Positions 44,527 through 55,305 of a stretch of DNA of 64,000 nucleotides are shown piece after piece (within the stretch, counting starts at the first letter, position 1; the number at the start of each line of letters is the position of its first letter). Under the pieces are notes generated by a model. The model saw only the letters and a list, made by a program, of their open reading frames with translations, had not been told where the DNA came from and made no database searches. Position numbers and translations under genes: made by a program. The stretch is from contig JANXAP010000007.1 of assembly GCA_025062275.1 (NCBI GenBank), forward strand, positions 35,294 through 99,293, given 5' to 3'. This DNA comes from Dehalococcoidia bacterium (GTDB lineage: Bacteria; Chloroflexota; Dehalococcoidia; SM23-28-2; HRBIN24).

Positions 44527-46443
44527 ATGACCACCGCCCAGACCCCGGGCGCCCAGCTGGAGATTCCGTCCTGGGAACTGGTGCTCAAGCGCAACAGCAT
44601 CGAGCGCCTCAAGCAGGAGCGCTTTCCCCTGGACATCATCCACGAGCTGCCGGAGCTCATCGCCCGCGGCTACGAGGCCATTCCCGAGGAGGACATCGTC
44701 CGCCTCTACTGGTGGGGCATCGCCCATGACAAGCCCAAGATCGGGACCTTCATGGTGCGCATCAAGGTGCCCGGCGGCCTTCTCACCCCTGCCCAGCTGC
44801 GGGCCATCGGCGCCATCTCCCTGCGTTACGGTCGCAACTACGGCGAGCTGACCACCCGCCAGGGGATCCAGCTCCACTGGGTGCGTATGGAGAAGCTGCC
44901 CGAGGTCCTGGAGGCCATCGCCCAGGCCGGCCTCACCACCGTGGGCGCCGAGGGCGATACGGTGCGCAACATCACCAGTTGCCCGGTCAACGGCATCAGC
45001 CGCGACGAGCTGTTCGATGTGCGCCCCGTCATCGAGCAGGTGGCCCGCTTCTTCTGGGGCAACCGCGACTATTCCAACCTGCCCCGCAAGCACAAGTTCA
45101 CCATCGCCGCCTGCCCTTACCAGTGCAACGCCCCCGAGATCCATGACATCGCCCTGGTGGGCGTCATAAAGGACGGCCGGCCGGGCTTCGCCGTCCGCGT
45201 GGGCGGCGGCCTGTCCGCCACCCCGCGCCTCTCCCGCGACCTGGGCGTCTTCGTGCCCGTGGACGAGGCGGTGGACGTGCTGCGGGCCATCACTGATGTG
45301 TGGCAGAACAACAACCGCTACCGCATCAGCCGCGCCAAGGCCCGCATCAAGTTCCTGGTGGACGACTACGGCCCCGAGGGAGTGCGGCGCATGGTAGAGG
45401 AGCGGTTGGGCCGCCCTCTGGAGGATGGCCGGGCGCCCGAGGCCATCGGCGAGGCCGACCACCTGGGGATCCACCCCCAGAAGCAGGAAGGCCTCTACTA
45501 CGTGGGCTTCCCGGTGCCCAACGGCTGGATGACGGGTGCCCAGATGCAGCAGCTGGCTGACGTGCTGGAGGAGGTGGGGGCCGACATCCGCCTGACTCGG
45601 GAGCAGAACTTCATCATAGGCAACGTGCCCGAGGACAGGCTGCCCTGGCTGCTGGAGAAGGTGGCGGCCATAGGCTTCCCTCACGACCGGCACAAGCTGT
45701 ACGCCACCTCCACCGCCTGCACCAGCCACGACTTCTGCAACTATTCCGTGTCCGAGACCAAGGGCAAGCTGGGCGAGATCATCGAGGCCCTGGAGCACCG
45801 CTTCGGTCGGCGCATCGAGGGGCTGAAGATATACATGGACGGCTGTCCCCACGCCTGCGCCCACCACTGGGTGGGAGAGATCGGCCTCCAGGGCACCACC
45901 GCCCCCGCTCCGGGCGGTGGCAAGGTGGAGGCCTACGACGTCTCCCTGCGGGGCGGCCTGGGCACCAAGGCCGCCATCGGTCGGCCCCTGCTGCGCCGCG
46001 TCCCCACCGACCGCATCACCGATGTGCTGGTGCGCCTGGTGGGGGCCTGGCTGGAGGAGAAGGAGCGACGCCAGAACGGCTACTCCTTCCGCGACTTCTG
46101 CGACGAGCGCAGCGACGAGGAGCTGCAGCGCATCGCCCTGGAGGAGCCAGCCCAGGAGCAGCAGAAGGAAGCCGCCGTCCTCCGCATCCCCGGGCCGCTG
46201 CTGGACTTGACCGAAGGCATCGACCACCTGGAGGTGAGGCCGGGGACGGTGCGCAGCGCCATCGAGGAGGCGTCGCGGCGCTTCCCCGCCCTGAAAGAGC
46301 GCCTGCTGACAGCCGAGGGGGACATCGACCCTGCCTACCTGCTCTACGTGAACGAGGACGACATCCGCGGCCTGCAGGGGCTGGACACCCCTCTCCAGGC
46401 CGGCGACGAGCTGCTGGTGCTCATGGCCATGTCCGGAGGCTAG
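44527..46443 (+). CDS. sir: Ferredoxin-dependent sulfite (or nitrite) reductase, siroheme/[4Fe-4S] hemoprotein
   Basis: Two NIR_SIR half-domains with 'CPYQC' and 'MDGCPHACAHHW' cluster/siroheme Cys motifs. GGGAGGGG SD before the ATG at 44527. Confidence 0.85.
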   Translation: MTTAQTPGAQLEIPSWELVLKRNSIERLKQERFPLDIIHELPELIARGYEAIPEEDIVRLYWWGIAHDKPKIGTFMVRIKVPGGLLTPAQLRAIGAISLRYGRNYGELTTRQGIQLHWVRMEKLPEVLEAIAQAGLTTVGAEGDTVRNITSCPVNGISRDELFDVRPVIEQVARFFWGNRDYSNLPRKHKFTIAACPYQCNAPEIHDIALVGVIKDGRPGFAVRVGGGLSATPRLSRDLGVFVPVDEAVDVLRAITDVWQNNNRYRISRAKARIKFLVDDYGPEGVRRMVEERLGRPLEDGRAPEAIGEADHLGIHPQKQEGLYYVGFPVPNGWMTGAQMQQLADVLEEVGADIRLTREQNFIIGNVPEDRLPWLLEKVAAIGFPHDRHKLYATSTACTSHDFCNYSVSETKGKLGEIIEALEHRFGRRIEGLKIYMDGCPHACAHHWVGEIGLQGTTAPAPGGGKVEAYDVSLRGGLGTKAAIGRPLLRRVPTDRITDVLVRLVGAWLEEKERRQNGYSFRDFCDERSDEELQRIALEEPAQEQQKEAAVLRIPGPLLDLTEGIDHLEVRPGTVRSAIEEASRRFPALKERLLTAEGDIDPAYLLYVNEDDIRGLQGLDTPLQAGDELLVLMAMSGG

Positions 46444-46465
46444 AAGACCGCCGAGGTGAAGGGAG

Positions 46466-47260
46466 ATGCAGGAGAGGATCATCTTCGACGACCTGGAGAT
46501 CGGCGAGATCGCCGTCGAGCTGGACGACAAGGAGCCGCAGGACGTCATCGCCTGGGCTCTGGATACCTTCGGCGACCGCATCGCCGTCGTCACCGCCCTC
46601 CAGGCTGAGGGGATGGTAGTGCTGGACATGGCCTACCGCATCCGTCCCGACATCACCGTCATCACTGTGGACACCTGGCGCCTGCCCCAGGCCACCTACC
46701 GGTTCCTGGAGGAGGCCCGCTCCCGCTATCACCTGGCCCGCTGGCAGGTGCTGACCCCCGACCCGCGGGAGGTGGAGGTGATGGTGCGGCGGCACGGTGA
46801 GGACCTGTTCTACAAGTCGGTGCCCCTGCGGCTGGTCTGCTGCCACATACGGAAGGTGCGGCCTCTGATCCGCGCCCTGGAGCACCTGGACGCCTGGTTC
46901 ACCGGCCTGCGCCGGGAGCAGTGGGCCTCCCGCGCCGCCATTCGCAAGGTGGAGCTGGACCACGACCACGGCGGCATCGTCAAGGTGAACCCCCTGGCCG
47001 ACTGGACCAAGGAGGAGGTCTGGGACTACATCCACCAGAACGGGGTACCCTACAACCCCCTCTACGACCAGGGCTACACCAGCATCGGCTGCGACCCCTG
47101 CACGCGGCCCATCCAGCCCGGCGAGGACGACCGGGCCGGCCGCTGGTGGTGGGAGGTCAACGCCCCCAAGGAGTGCGGCATCCACTGCCCCATCGAGACG
47201 GGCGGCTTCGAGCACGAGGCCGAGGCCATCCTCAAGGAGGCGGAGGGCGTCCACCTGTGA
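46466..47260 (+). CDS. cysH: Assimilatory APS/PAPS reductase (Fe-S type)
   Basis: PAPS_reduct fold, C-terminal 'ECGIH' catalytic motif, plus 'CC…CxxC' (RLVCCHIRK…GCDPC) typical of [4Fe-4S] APS reductases. Confidence 0.85.
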   Translation: MQERIIFDDLEIGEIAVELDDKEPQDVIAWALDTFGDRIAVVTALQAEGMVVLDMAYRIRPDITVITVDTWRLPQATYRFLEEARSRYHLARWQVLTPDPREVEVMVRRHGEDLFYKSVPLRLVCCHIRKVRPLIRALEHLDAWFTGLRREQWASRAAIRKVELDHDHGGIVKVNPLADWTKEEVWDYIHQNGVPYNPLYDQGYTSIGCDPCTRPIQPGEDDRAGRWWWEVNAPKECGIHCPIETGGFEHEAEAILKEAEGVHL

Positions 47261-47748
47261 CGGACGCGCCCGAGGGCGAGGCTCTCCAGCTCTCCCCGGA
47301 GGAGCGGGAGCTGGTCTCCCAAGAGCTGGCCGCCCTCCTGCCCGCCCTCACGGACGCCCGACAGGAGAGCTACCGCTCCCTGGCCCGGGCAGTGGAGGAG
47401 GGCACCGTGCCCCCCGACCTGGTGCCCTTGCTGGAGGGGCTGGTGGCCATGGCCCTGGAGACGGGCCGTGCCCGCCGGCTCTACACCGCCGAGGGCGAAC
47501 GGGTGCTGACGGAGGTGTTCCGTCGCACTCCTGGGGGCCGGGAGCTGTCGCGCCACCTGGAGGAGGTGAACAAGGCCCTGGCCGTCCTTTCGGGCCGCAC
47601 CCTCTGGGGAGTGCGGGTCGCCATGCGCACACTGGGACACTTCACTGTGGCCCTGGACACCGAAGGCGCCTCCGTGACGCTGGCCGTGCGTCCCGGGGTG
47701 GTGACCCTGGAGAGCGTGGCCATCGGCGGGGGCGGCGGACCGGGCTAG
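47257..47748 (+). CDS. Hypothetical protein inside the cys operon
   Basis: 163-aa GTG-initiated ORF overlapping the cysH stop (GTGA). Ala/Leu/Glu-rich with no recognisable domain, but coding-like codon usage. Confidence 0.4.
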   Translation: MTDAPEGEALQLSPEERELVSQELAALLPALTDARQESYRSLARAVEEGTVPPDLVPLLEGLVAMALETGRARRLYTAEGERVLTEVFRRTPGGRELSRHLEEVNKALAVLSGRTLWGVRVAMRTLGHFTVALDTEGASVTLAVRPGVVTLESVAIGGGGGPG

Positions 47749-47784
47749 ATCGCCCACCAATCCCTGCTTCAGGAGGAAGGACGC

Positions 47785-48348
47785 ATGAGCGAACGGCAGG
47801 GCTATGTGGTCTGGCTCACGGGCCTGTCCGGCGCCGGCAAGACCACCATCGCCGAGGCCCTGGCCGAGCGCCTGCGGGCGGTCGGCCAGCGAGTGGAGGT
47901 GCTGGACGGCGACGTGGTCCGCCAGCACTTCAGTAAGGGGCTGGGCTTCAGCCGCGAGGACCGGCTGGAGAACATCCGCCGCGTGGCCTACGTGGCCCAC
48001 CTGCTGGCCCGTAACGGCGTGGCCGTCATCGTCGCCCTCATCTCCCCCTACCGGGAGGGGCGCGAATACGCCCGCAGCCTCATCGGCGACTTTTTGGAAG
48101 TTTATGTCAAGTGCCCCATAGAGGTCCTGGTCCAGCGAGATGTGAAGGGCCTCTACGCCAAGGCCCTGCGGGGCGAGGTGGCCAACTTCACTGGCATCAG
48201 CGACCCGTACGAGGAGCCCCTGGCACCCGACCTGGTGCTCGAGACCGACCGCGAGTCCCTGGAGGAGAGCGTGGCCAGGCTTTGGTCGGCCCTGGCCCAG
48301 CGCGGCTACGTCCCCGACTCGGTCCCCAGCGGCGACGGCAGGAGGTAG
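47785..48348 (+). CDS. cysC: Adenylylsulfate kinase
   Basis: 'VVWLTGLSGAGKTTIA' P-loop and APS kinase motifs. AGGAGGAAGG SD. Confidence 0.9.
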   Translation: MSERQGYVVWLTGLSGAGKTTIAEALAERLRAVGQRVEVLDGDVVRQHFSKGLGFSREDRLENIRRVAYVAHLLARNGVAVIVALISPYREGREYARSLIGDFLEVYVKCPIEVLVQRDVKGLYAKALRGEVANFTGISDPYEEPLAPDLVLETDRESLEESVARLWSALAQRGYVPDSVPSGDGRR

Positions 48349-48351
48349 GCC

Positions 48352-49506
48352 ATGACCAGCGTCCCCCATGGCGGCCGTCTGGTGGACCGCCTGCTGCCGC
48401 CCGAGCGGCGGGCAGAGGCGGAGGAGAGGGCGCGAGGGCTGCCTTCCGTCCGCCTGGATGCCCGCCAGCTTTCGGACCTGCAGATGATCGCCCAGGGCGC
48501 CTTCAGCCCTCTGGAGGGTTACCTCTGTCGGGACGACTACCGCAGCGTCCTGGAGCATATGCGCCTGGCCGACGGCACCGTCTGGCCGCTGCCCATAACG
48601 CTGGCAGTGGACGCAGAGGCAGCCCGTTCCCTGCGGGAAGGCCAGGAGGTGGCCCTCCTGGCTCCCGATGGCCGGCTGGTCGGCCTGCTGGAGCTGGCAG
48701 AGGTCTTCCCCTACGACAAAGAGGAAGAGGCCCAGCGGGTCTTCCGCACCGCTGACCCGGCCCATCCGGGGGTAGCGGCCCTGCTCCAGCGGGGCGACAT
48801 GCTCCTGGGGGGCAAGGTGTGGGCCCTGGAGCTGGAGCGGGGCGAGGGCCCCTTCCGTCCCTACTACCTGACGCCGGCCGAGACCCGGGCCGAGTTCGTC
48901 CGCCGCGGCTGGCGGACGGTGGTGGGCTTTCAGACCCGCAACCCCATACACCGCGCCCACGAATACATCCAAAAGTGCGCCCTGGAGATAGTCGATGGCC
49001 TCCTGATCCACCCCCTGGTGGGCGAGACCAAGGCCGACGATGTCCCTGCCGAGGTGCGCCTGCGCTGCTATCAGGCCCTCATCGAGGGCTACTACCCCCA
49101 GCAGCGGGTGGTGCTGGCAGTCTTCCCGGCCTACATGCGCTATGCGGGCCCCCGGGAGGCCGTATTCCATGCCCTCTGTCGTAAGAACTACGGCTGCACC
49201 CATTTCATCGTCGGGCGGGACCATGCAGGCGTGGGCAATTACTACGGCCCCTACGACGCCCAGCACATCTTCCGCGAGTTGGAGCCCGAGGAGCTGGGCA
49301 TAACGCCCCTCTTCTTCGAGAACGCCTTCTATTGCCGCCGCTGCGGCGGGATGGCCTCGGCCAAGACCTGCCCTCACCCGCCTGAGGAGCAGGTAAACCT
49401 GAGCGGGACCCAGGTGCGGGCCATGCTGGCCCGGGGCGAGCTACCACCGCCCGAGTTCACCCGCCCGGAGGTAGCCCGTCTGCTGCTGGAGGCCCAGAGC
49501 CGCTGA
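48352..49506 (+). CDS. sat: Sulfate adenylyltransferase (ATP sulfurylase)
   Basis: '[11 protein letters not shown]' and 'GRDHAGVG' ATP-sulfurylase motifs. Confidence 0.9.
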   Translation: MTSVPHGGRLVDRLLPPERRAEAEERARGLPSVRLDARQLSDLQMIAQGAFSPLEGYLCRDDYRSVLEHMRLADGTVWPLPITLAVDAEAARSLREGQEVALLAPDGRLVGLLELAEVFPYDKEEEAQRVFRTADPAHPGVAALLQRGDMLLGGKVWALELERGEGPFRPYYLTPAETRAEFVRRGWRTVVGFQTRNPIHRAHEYIQKCALEIVDGLLIHPLVGETKADDVPAEVRLRCYQALIEGYYPQQRVVLAVFPAYMRYAGPREAVFHALCRKNYGCTHFIVGRDHAGVGNYYGPYDAQHIFRELEPEELGITPLFFENAFYCRRCGGMASAKTCPHPPEEQVNLSGTQVRAMLARGELPPPEFTRPEVARLLLEAQSR

Positions 49507-49568
49507 CGGTGGCCCCAGCCAGGGGCGCCGCCCTATAATCCAGAGGAGACCACCACAGGAGCGGAGAT

Positions 49569-50336
49569 ATGGAGCTGGACGGCGTCGTCACTCTGGTCAC
49601 CGGAGGGGCCTCGGGCCTGGGCGAGGCCACCGTGCGCCGATTGCTGGGGGCAGGCGCCCGCGTCGTCATCGTGGACCGGGATGCCACCCGTGGCGAGGCC
49701 CTGGCGCGGGAGCTGGGCGAGGTGGCCCTCTTTGCCCAGGCGGACATTACCGACGAGGCCTCCACCGCCGCCGCCATAGAGAAGGCGGCCTCCCTCGGCC
49801 CCCTGCGGGCCGTCGTCCACTGCGCTGGGATCGGCTGGGCCGGGCGAGTCCTGGGCCGCGATGGCACGCCCCATGACCTGGGCCGCTTCCGGATGGTCAT
49901 CGAGGTGAACCTGGTAGGCACCTTCAACGTGCTGCGGCTGGCAGCAGCGGCCATGGCCAAGAACGAGCCGACGGCCGAGGGCGAACGGGGGGTCATCATC
50001 AACACCGCCTCGGTGGCCGCCTTCGACGGGCAGATCGGCCAGGCTGCCTATGCCGCCTCCAAGGCCGGGGTGGTGGGGCTGACCCTCACTGCCGCCCGCG
50101 ACCTGGCCAGCCTTGGCATACGAGTAGTGACCATCGCCCCGGGCATCTTCGACACGCCCCTCTTCCGCCTCATGCCCGAGCCTCAGCGTCAGGCCCTGGC
50201 CGAAAACGTGCCCTTCCCCAGGCGGCTGGGACGCCCGGAGGAGTTCGCCCTCCTGGCCGAGAGCATCATCCGCAACCCCTACCTCAACGGCGAGACCATC
50301 CGCCTGGACGGCGCGCTGCGCATGCCGCCGCGGTAG
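49569..50336 (+). CDS. Short-chain dehydrogenase/reductase (SDR)
   Basis: 'TGGASGLG' cofactor motif and a YxxxK catalytic pair. TATAAT at 49534-49539 and a GGAG SD. Confidence 0.8.
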   Translation: MELDGVVTLVTGGASGLGEATVRRLLGAGARVVIVDRDATRGEALARELGEVALFAQADITDEASTAAAIEKAASLGPLRAVVHCAGIGWAGRVLGRDGTPHDLGRFRMVIEVNLVGTFNVLRLAAAAMAKNEPTAEGERGVIINTASVAAFDGQIGQAAYAASKAGVVGLTLTAARDLASLGIRVVTIAPGIFDTPLFRLMPEPQRQALAENVPFPRRLGRPEEFALLAESIIRNPYLNGETIRLDGALRMPPR

Positions 50337-50340
50337 CGCC

Positions 50341-51396
50341 TCAGGCCAGGTGACGGTAGAGGCAGGAGGAGAGGCCTCGCGAGAGCCAGGCCGGGCAGAG
50401 GGCAGCGAGCACGCGCAGCGCTCTGCCCAGGGCCCTCCGCCGTCGGCCCTGCCCTCGCTCAGGGGTGGGATAGTAGAAGTAGGGCAGGGGCGACTCGCAA
50501 GCCGCCCAGAGGGACTTGAACCGGCGCAATCCCTCGTGGTCGGCGTCGGTGCGCCCCATGTCTAGCACCCGCATGCCCATTTCTCGCGCCAGGGCGATGG
50601 TATGCCACATGAGCAGGTTGTTGGGCCGCACTTCCAGACGGTCGGGCTGAGAGACGTTGGCCTTGTAGACCATGCCCTGCCGCCACCAGAGGAGCAGGTT
50701 GCAGGCCACCACCTCTCCATCTATTTCGGCCAGGAGGAAGGCGCCCAGCCCGCGCCCCAGCAGGTGCTCACCGATGGCAGCGAAGAACCGACGCGGTGCT
50801 GGCAACAGGCGCTGGCGTCGCCGCGTGGCCTCGTACAGGCGATAAAACAGGGGCAAGGCCTCGGGACCGGCCCGACGCACCTCTACCCCTGAGCGGAGGG
50901 CCTTTCGCACCCCGCGGCGGGCCGAGTCGTGGACCATGGGCTCCAGCTCCGCCAGATCCGACGGCACCTCCATGAAGTGACGGACGAACAGGCTGGCAAC
51001 GGTCACGAAGCCCAGGGGCACCAGGCGGTCGGCATCGCCTCCCCGCAACTCCACGTAGTCGAGGCCGCGACGGCGCGCCTCTCGCTGCACAGCCATCGCC
51101 AGGGCAGCCAGCTCGTCAGCTCCCTGGACCAGGGGAGGGCACAGGTCGCTGAAGGGCAGGCCCACCAGGCGGTGACCCGTGAGGCGGCTCCTTACCAGCA
51201 TCAGCGGCAGGGCAGCCGTGATCTCCCCCTGGGCCGTCTCCAGGACATAGTACACAGGCTCGAAGCCGTAAGCCGCCGTCAGCGCCCTCGCCCAGTGAGA
51301 GGTGTGGAAGACCGTCGCCTCGGGGTGCCACGCCACGAACTCCTCCCAGGCGGGCTCGCAGCGGGGGTCGATGGCCCTCACGCGACCGGAGTTCAT
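50341..51396 (-). CDS. FemAB-like / GNAT-fold acyltransferase (polysaccharide or peptide-bridge associated)
   Basis: About 350 aa with the FemAB-family layout. Start at the ATG at 51394-51396, forming ATGA with the upstream stop. Confidence 0.55.
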   Translation of the reverse strand: MNSGRVRAIDPRCEPAWEEFVAWHPEATVFHTSHWARALTAAYGFEPVYYVLETAQGEITAALPLMLVRSRLTGHRLVGLPFSDLCPPLVQGADELAALAMAVQREARRRGLDYVELRGGDADRLVPLGFVTVASLFVRHFMEVPSDLAELEPMVHDSARRGVRKALRSGVEVRRAGPEALPLFYRLYEATRRRQRLLPAPRRFFAAIGEHLLGRGLGAFLLAEIDGEVVACNLLLWWRQGMVYKANVSQPDRLEVRPNNLLMWHTIALAREMGMRVLDMGRTDADHEGLRRFKSLWAACESPLPYFYYPTPERGQGRRRRALGRALRVLAALCPAWLSRGLSSCLYRHLA

Positions 51397-52565
51397 CGGC
51401 CCGCCCTCCCCGCCTCGGGTGCGGGCGGCGGCCCCCCGTGCAGGGCGACGTACGTCTCCCGCACCCTGGACCAGGAGTGACGCAGGGCCACGGCTCGAGC
51501 GGCCTCTCCCAGGCGTCGGCGCAAACCCTCGTCCCTGTAGAGCCGGAGCAGGGCATCGGCCAGGGCACGGTGATCGCCCGGCGGGTAATAGAGCACCGCA
51601 TCGCCGAAGACGCGGCGGATGGACGGCTGGACAGCCGCCACCACTGGCCGGCCCATGAAGGCGTACTCGAATAGCTTGTTGGGCAGAGAGTTGAAACGGA
51701 CCGGCACCACGCCCACCTGGGCAGAGGCGACGGCGCGCGCCACCTGGGGGTAGGCCAGCCACCCCTTGAAGGTCACCGTGCCGTCCAGCCCCAGGCTGTC
51801 AGCCAGTGCCCGGACGGCAGGAAGATGCTCGCCCTCGCCCACCACCCAGACCCGAAGGTCCGGCAGCAGCGGCCGCAGCAGGGCCGCCGCCCGCAGCAGG
51901 TCATCGACGCCGTAACGGGGCAGGATGGAGCCGTGGGTCATGACCACGAACCCTCCGTCCGACCCAGGCTCCTCCGGCGGCGGTCGGAAGACGTCCTCAT
52001 CGGGGGCGTTGGGCAGCCATACCACCTTCGCTGCAGGGGTGCCGCGCTGGACCACCCTCTCCACCGTATCGGGGGCGACCACTATGACCACGTGGGCCAG
52101 GGCAGCGCTGATGCGCTCCAGCCAGCCGGCCAGGCGCACGAGCGGGGAACCATCGCTCAGGCCATAGGTGCAGGCCAGGGTCTCCGGCAGCAGGTCGAAG
52201 ATGTACAGGACGATCCTGGTGCCAAAAAGCCGCGGCAGCAGGGCAGCGAAGACGGCGTAGTCGGGAGGGCTGCAGAACTCCACCACGCGATAGCGCCTGA
52301 GGGCCCACAGGGCTGGCAGCAAGATGGCCGCCAGGACGCAGAAGGCGGAATGCTCCCACAGGTGTCGGAGCAGCCCCGACCGGCGGTGGGCCAGGGGCAG
52401 CCGGAACACGGTGCCCCCCGGGTAGCGCTCCACCAACGGCTGTCCCGGCGCCCGCAGACAGAGGACATCTACCTGGTAGCCAGCGTCGGCCAGGGCGCCG
52501 ACATTGCGGCGCAGGTGCTCCTCCTGGGGAAAGTAGCCCAGGCGCACCAGACAGACCCTCCTCAT
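51393..52565 (-). CDS. Glycosyltransferase family 1 (GT4-type)
   Basis: GT-B with the C-terminal 'EGFG/…E…' sugar-donor domain ('…VVGEGEH…'). Confidence 0.8.
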   Translation of the reverse strand: MRRVCLVRLGYFPQEEHLRRNVGALADAGYQVDVLCLRAPGQPLVERYPGGTVFRLPLAHRRSGLLRHLWEHSAFCVLAAILLPALWALRRYRVVEFCSPPDYAVFAALLPRLFGTRIVLYIFDLLPETLACTYGLSDGSPLVRLAGWLERISAALAHVVIVVAPDTVERVVQRGTPAAKVVWLPNAPDEDVFRPPPEEPGSDGGFVVMTHGSILPRYGVDDLLRAAALLRPLLPDLRVWVVGEGEHLPAVRALADSLGLDGTVTFKGWLAYPQVARAVASAQVGVVPVRFNSLPNKLFEYAFMGRPVVAAVQPSIRRVFGDAVLYYPPGDHRALADALLRLYRDEGLRRRLGEAARAVALRHSWSRVRETYVALHGGPPPAPEAGRAGR

Positions 52566-53530
52566 GCCCGCACCTCCGCAACGCCTCGTTCCCTTCTGGC
52601 CGCCATCGCCTCCTCATAAACCGCCGCCACTCGCCGGGCAATGGCGCCCAGCTCCAGGTGCTGTACCCGCCGACGACCGTCGGTGCGCCCGCCGAAGTCC
52701 AGGGCCAGCTCTAGCTTGGCAGCGATGTCCTCCGGCTCCTGGCTGCACAGGAAACACCCCTCGGTGTCGCCGATGACCTGGGGGACATCGCCCACAGCGG
52801 TGGAGACGATGGGCAGGTTGCAGGCCATGGCCTCCTTCACCACCATGGGCGATCCCTCGGCGTCGGACACCAGCAGCAGCACGTCACAGGCATTCATATA
52901 GAGGGGCACCCGGGAGTGGGGCTGCCCAGAGGCCAGCACCAGCTCCACATCGTCGCGATGGGAGCGGAGCAGGTTCATAGCAGCCTGCACCAGGTCCCAG
53001 CGCTTCTCGGGACGGGAGGGGTCGCCTGCCCACAGGACGAGCCTCCTTTTCATGGGCAGGCCCAGGGCGCGGCGCGCCTCCTCACGAGGCATGGGTCGGA
53101 ACAGCCCCAAATCGATGCCGCAGGGGATGACGTGAGCGCGGCGGCAGCCCAGACGCGCCCGCATCTCCTCCGACACGACGATGACCTGGTCGAAGAAGCG
53201 GGTGAAGAGCCGACAGGGCACCGCCTGCCAGGTCATGAACACCTCCGGGCCATGATGGGTCAGCACCACGGGGCAACGGCGCTGGGCCAGGGCCACCAGC
53301 CCCGAGAAGATGTAGTGGGCATGGATAACGTCGTAGCGATGACGGCTCAGGGCGCGCCAGAGTCGTGGATATGCCCACAGATAGTTCAGGCGACTGGCCT
53401 GGCCATCGATGAACAGGACGTCCACCATAATGCCCAGACGGCGCAGGGAGTCCACCTGCTCCTGGACGAATATCCCGAAGGCCGGGCGCCCCGGTTGAGG
53501 GTACATATTGGTAACCACTAGCACGTGCAT
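52562..53530 (-). CDS. Glycosyltransferase family 1
   Basis: 'MHVLVVTNMYP…' GT1 N-terminus. Start re-anchored at the ATG at 53528-53530; ATGA overlaps on both sides. Confidence 0.75.
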   Translation of the reverse strand: MHVLVVTNMYPQPGRPAFGIFVQEQVDSLRRLGIMVDVLFIDGQASRLNYLWAYPRLWRALSRHRYDVIHAHYIFSGLVALAQRRCPVVLTHHGPEVFMTWQAVPCRLFTRFFDQVIVVSEEMRARLGCRRAHVIPCGIDLGLFRPMPREEARRALGLPMKRRLVLWAGDPSRPEKRWDLVQAAMNLLRSHRDDVELVLASGQPHSRVPLYMNACDVLLLVSDAEGSPMVVKEAMACNLPIVSTAVGDVPQVIGDTEGCFLCSQEPEDIAAKLELALDFGGRTDGRRRVQHLELGAIARRVAAVYEEAMAARRERGVAEVRA

Positions 53531-53532
53531 GC

Positions 53533-55305
53533 TCAGCGCCTCGCAGGCGTCCTCGCCAGGGGATCGTCCGGGTTCAGCTGGGCGGGGTTGGATAGCAGCA
53601 GCCCGTTGAGCAGGGTGCGGAAGCGGTCCTGATAGCCCCGCAGCACCGTCAGCGTCACCACGTCGCAGACATCGTTCCCCTCCCGGGAGGCCTCCACCAC
53701 CTGCAGTCCATGCTCGCTGGCCAGATGCAGGTAGAGGCGGCGCTGGGCTGTCAGCTCGACCAGGGAGGTCTCCTCGTCGCCACGGGCCCGGGCCACCTCC
53801 GGAGGCACGTCCAGCAGGAATGCGTAGTCGGGCCGCGGCGATATGGCCAGCAGGAGGCGAGGGGACAGCGCCACCCAGCGGCCATCGCCGCCCAGGCGGG
53901 ACAGCATCTCCACGGCGGCGTCGTAGGTATAGCGGTCGCAAACCACCACTTTCCCCAGCAAGCGGGGCAGCCAGGCCCGCCAGGCCAGTGACAAGAAGAC
54001 ATCGAGGGCGTTGGCCGCAGCCCACAGGGCGGACGCGGTGGCGCCGGCCGAGCCGGGCTGCCACACCCGAGGCCCGCCCGCGCGCCACAGACGGCGGGCC
54101 AGGCCCCCCAGGGAGCGATAGGCGGGGGAGCACCCGCACCTGGTCCAGACCAGCCGCGACCTCACGCCCGAGATGCGGAGGGCGGAGCGCAGGGCCTTAG
54201 CCGCAGTGGTCTTGCCCGCTCCGTCCAGCCCGCTCAGGGAGACGAGCAGGCCGGGCTGGGGACGCAGGCCCGACTTCTGCTTGAAGCCCCAGGCCAGCAC
54301 CTTCAGCAGGTCGGTAGCCCGCGCCGAGGGCGCCCTCCGGCCGTCGCTGAGGACCTTGCGATAATAGAGCAGCTTGCTCACGGCGAAGGAAACGGGGAAG
54401 GGGGCGCGGGCTGGCGAGCGGCGCAGGTGCAGCCAGTAAACGTGCGCCCAGGGGTAGGCCGCCAGCGCGCGACGCCAACGGCGGACCAGGGCGTGCGGCG
54501 CCGTCGTCCTCCCCGTGAGGGCCTCCTCCATGCGCACGCAGGCCAGCAACCCCAGCAGCAGACCGTCGTGCCAGCCCCGCCTCCGCGCCGCTTCCTCTAT
54601 ATATGCCCAGTCCAGACCTGGGTTGGCCCAGTGGGCCGTCACCTTGTGCAGGTCGAAGAGGCTGAAGCGCTTGTTCTCGTAAAGGGCATGGGCGATGTTC
54701 ACCAGCAGGCAGTCCTCGGGACCGGGTACCGTCAAGAAGGGGTCATCGGGGGCGGTGCGCGCCCGCTGCCAGATGCTCTCGTCCAGAAACTCCACGTCCC
54801 AGCCAACCCAGGCATGGACATGGACCGCCAGCACCGACCGTCCGCCCACGAAGCGGCGGAACAGGAACTTGCGCGGCTCGTCTATGTTGCGCAGCCAGAC
54901 GTACCCCAGATCTTCCAGCAGGGCACGGGCGCGGTGGCAGTCGCGCCGCGGCACCAGGAGGTCCAGGTTGTCGCTGGTATAGGGGAAGGAAGGGAAGGTG
55001 CCCGCCGATTTGAAGGCCAGGCAGGATATCCCCGCCCGCGCCCAGGCGTCCCTCACCCGCAGGAACTCCTCCCGCTGGCGCCGCAGCTCGTCCCGGTCAC
55101 GGGCCAGGGCCTGTCGCCAGGCCTGAGTTTCGGCCAGAGAGGGCGGGAGGACATCGCCGCAGGCCAGCAGGGGGAACTTGTTGGCCCGTAGCCTGCTCAC
55201 CAGCGACCGCGCCGCCCCCTCCGGGTCGCCGCGGGCCCTGGCGATGGCCTCGGCAACCAGGGGGCGCAGGAGCGCTGCAGCGGGCGTCACCGTGACGTCT
55301 CTCAT
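53533..55305 (-). CDS. Fusion protein: uncharacterised nucleotidyltransferase-like N-domain + thymidylate-kinase-like P-loop C-domain
   Basis: N-terminal half resembles NTP_transf_5-type proteins ('…FKSAGTFPSFPYTSDNLDLLV…LEDLGY…'). C-terminal half has a Tmk-like 'LSGLDGAGKTTAAKAL' P-loop. Start at the ATG at 55303-55305. Confidence 0.5.
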   Translation of the reverse strand: MRDVTVTPAAALLRPLVAEAIARARGDPEGAARSLVSRLRANKFPLLACGDVLPPSLAETQAWRQALARDRDELRRQREEFLRVRDAWARAGISCLAFKSAGTFPSFPYTSDNLDLLVPRRDCHRARALLEDLGYVWLRNIDEPRKFLFRRFVGGRSVLAVHVHAWVGWDVEFLDESIWQRARTAPDDPFLTVPGPEDCLLVNIAHALYENKRFSLFDLHKVTAHWANPGLDWAYIEEAARRRGWHDGLLLGLLACVRMEEALTGRTTAPHALVRRWRRALAAYPWAHVYWLHLRRSPARAPFPVSFAVSKLLYYRKVLSDGRRAPSARATDLLKVLAWGFKQKSGLRPQPGLLVSLSGLDGAGKTTAAKALRSALRISGVRSRLVWTRCGCSPAYRSLGGLARRLWRAGGPRVWQPGSAGATASALWAAANALDVFLSLAWRAWLPRLLGKVVVCDRYTYDAAVEMLSRLGGDGRWVALSPRLLLAISPRPDYAFLLDVPPEVARARGDEETSLVELTAQRRLYLHLASEHGLQVVEASREGNDVCDVVTLTVLRGYQDRFRTLLNGLLLSNPAQLNPDDPLARTPARR

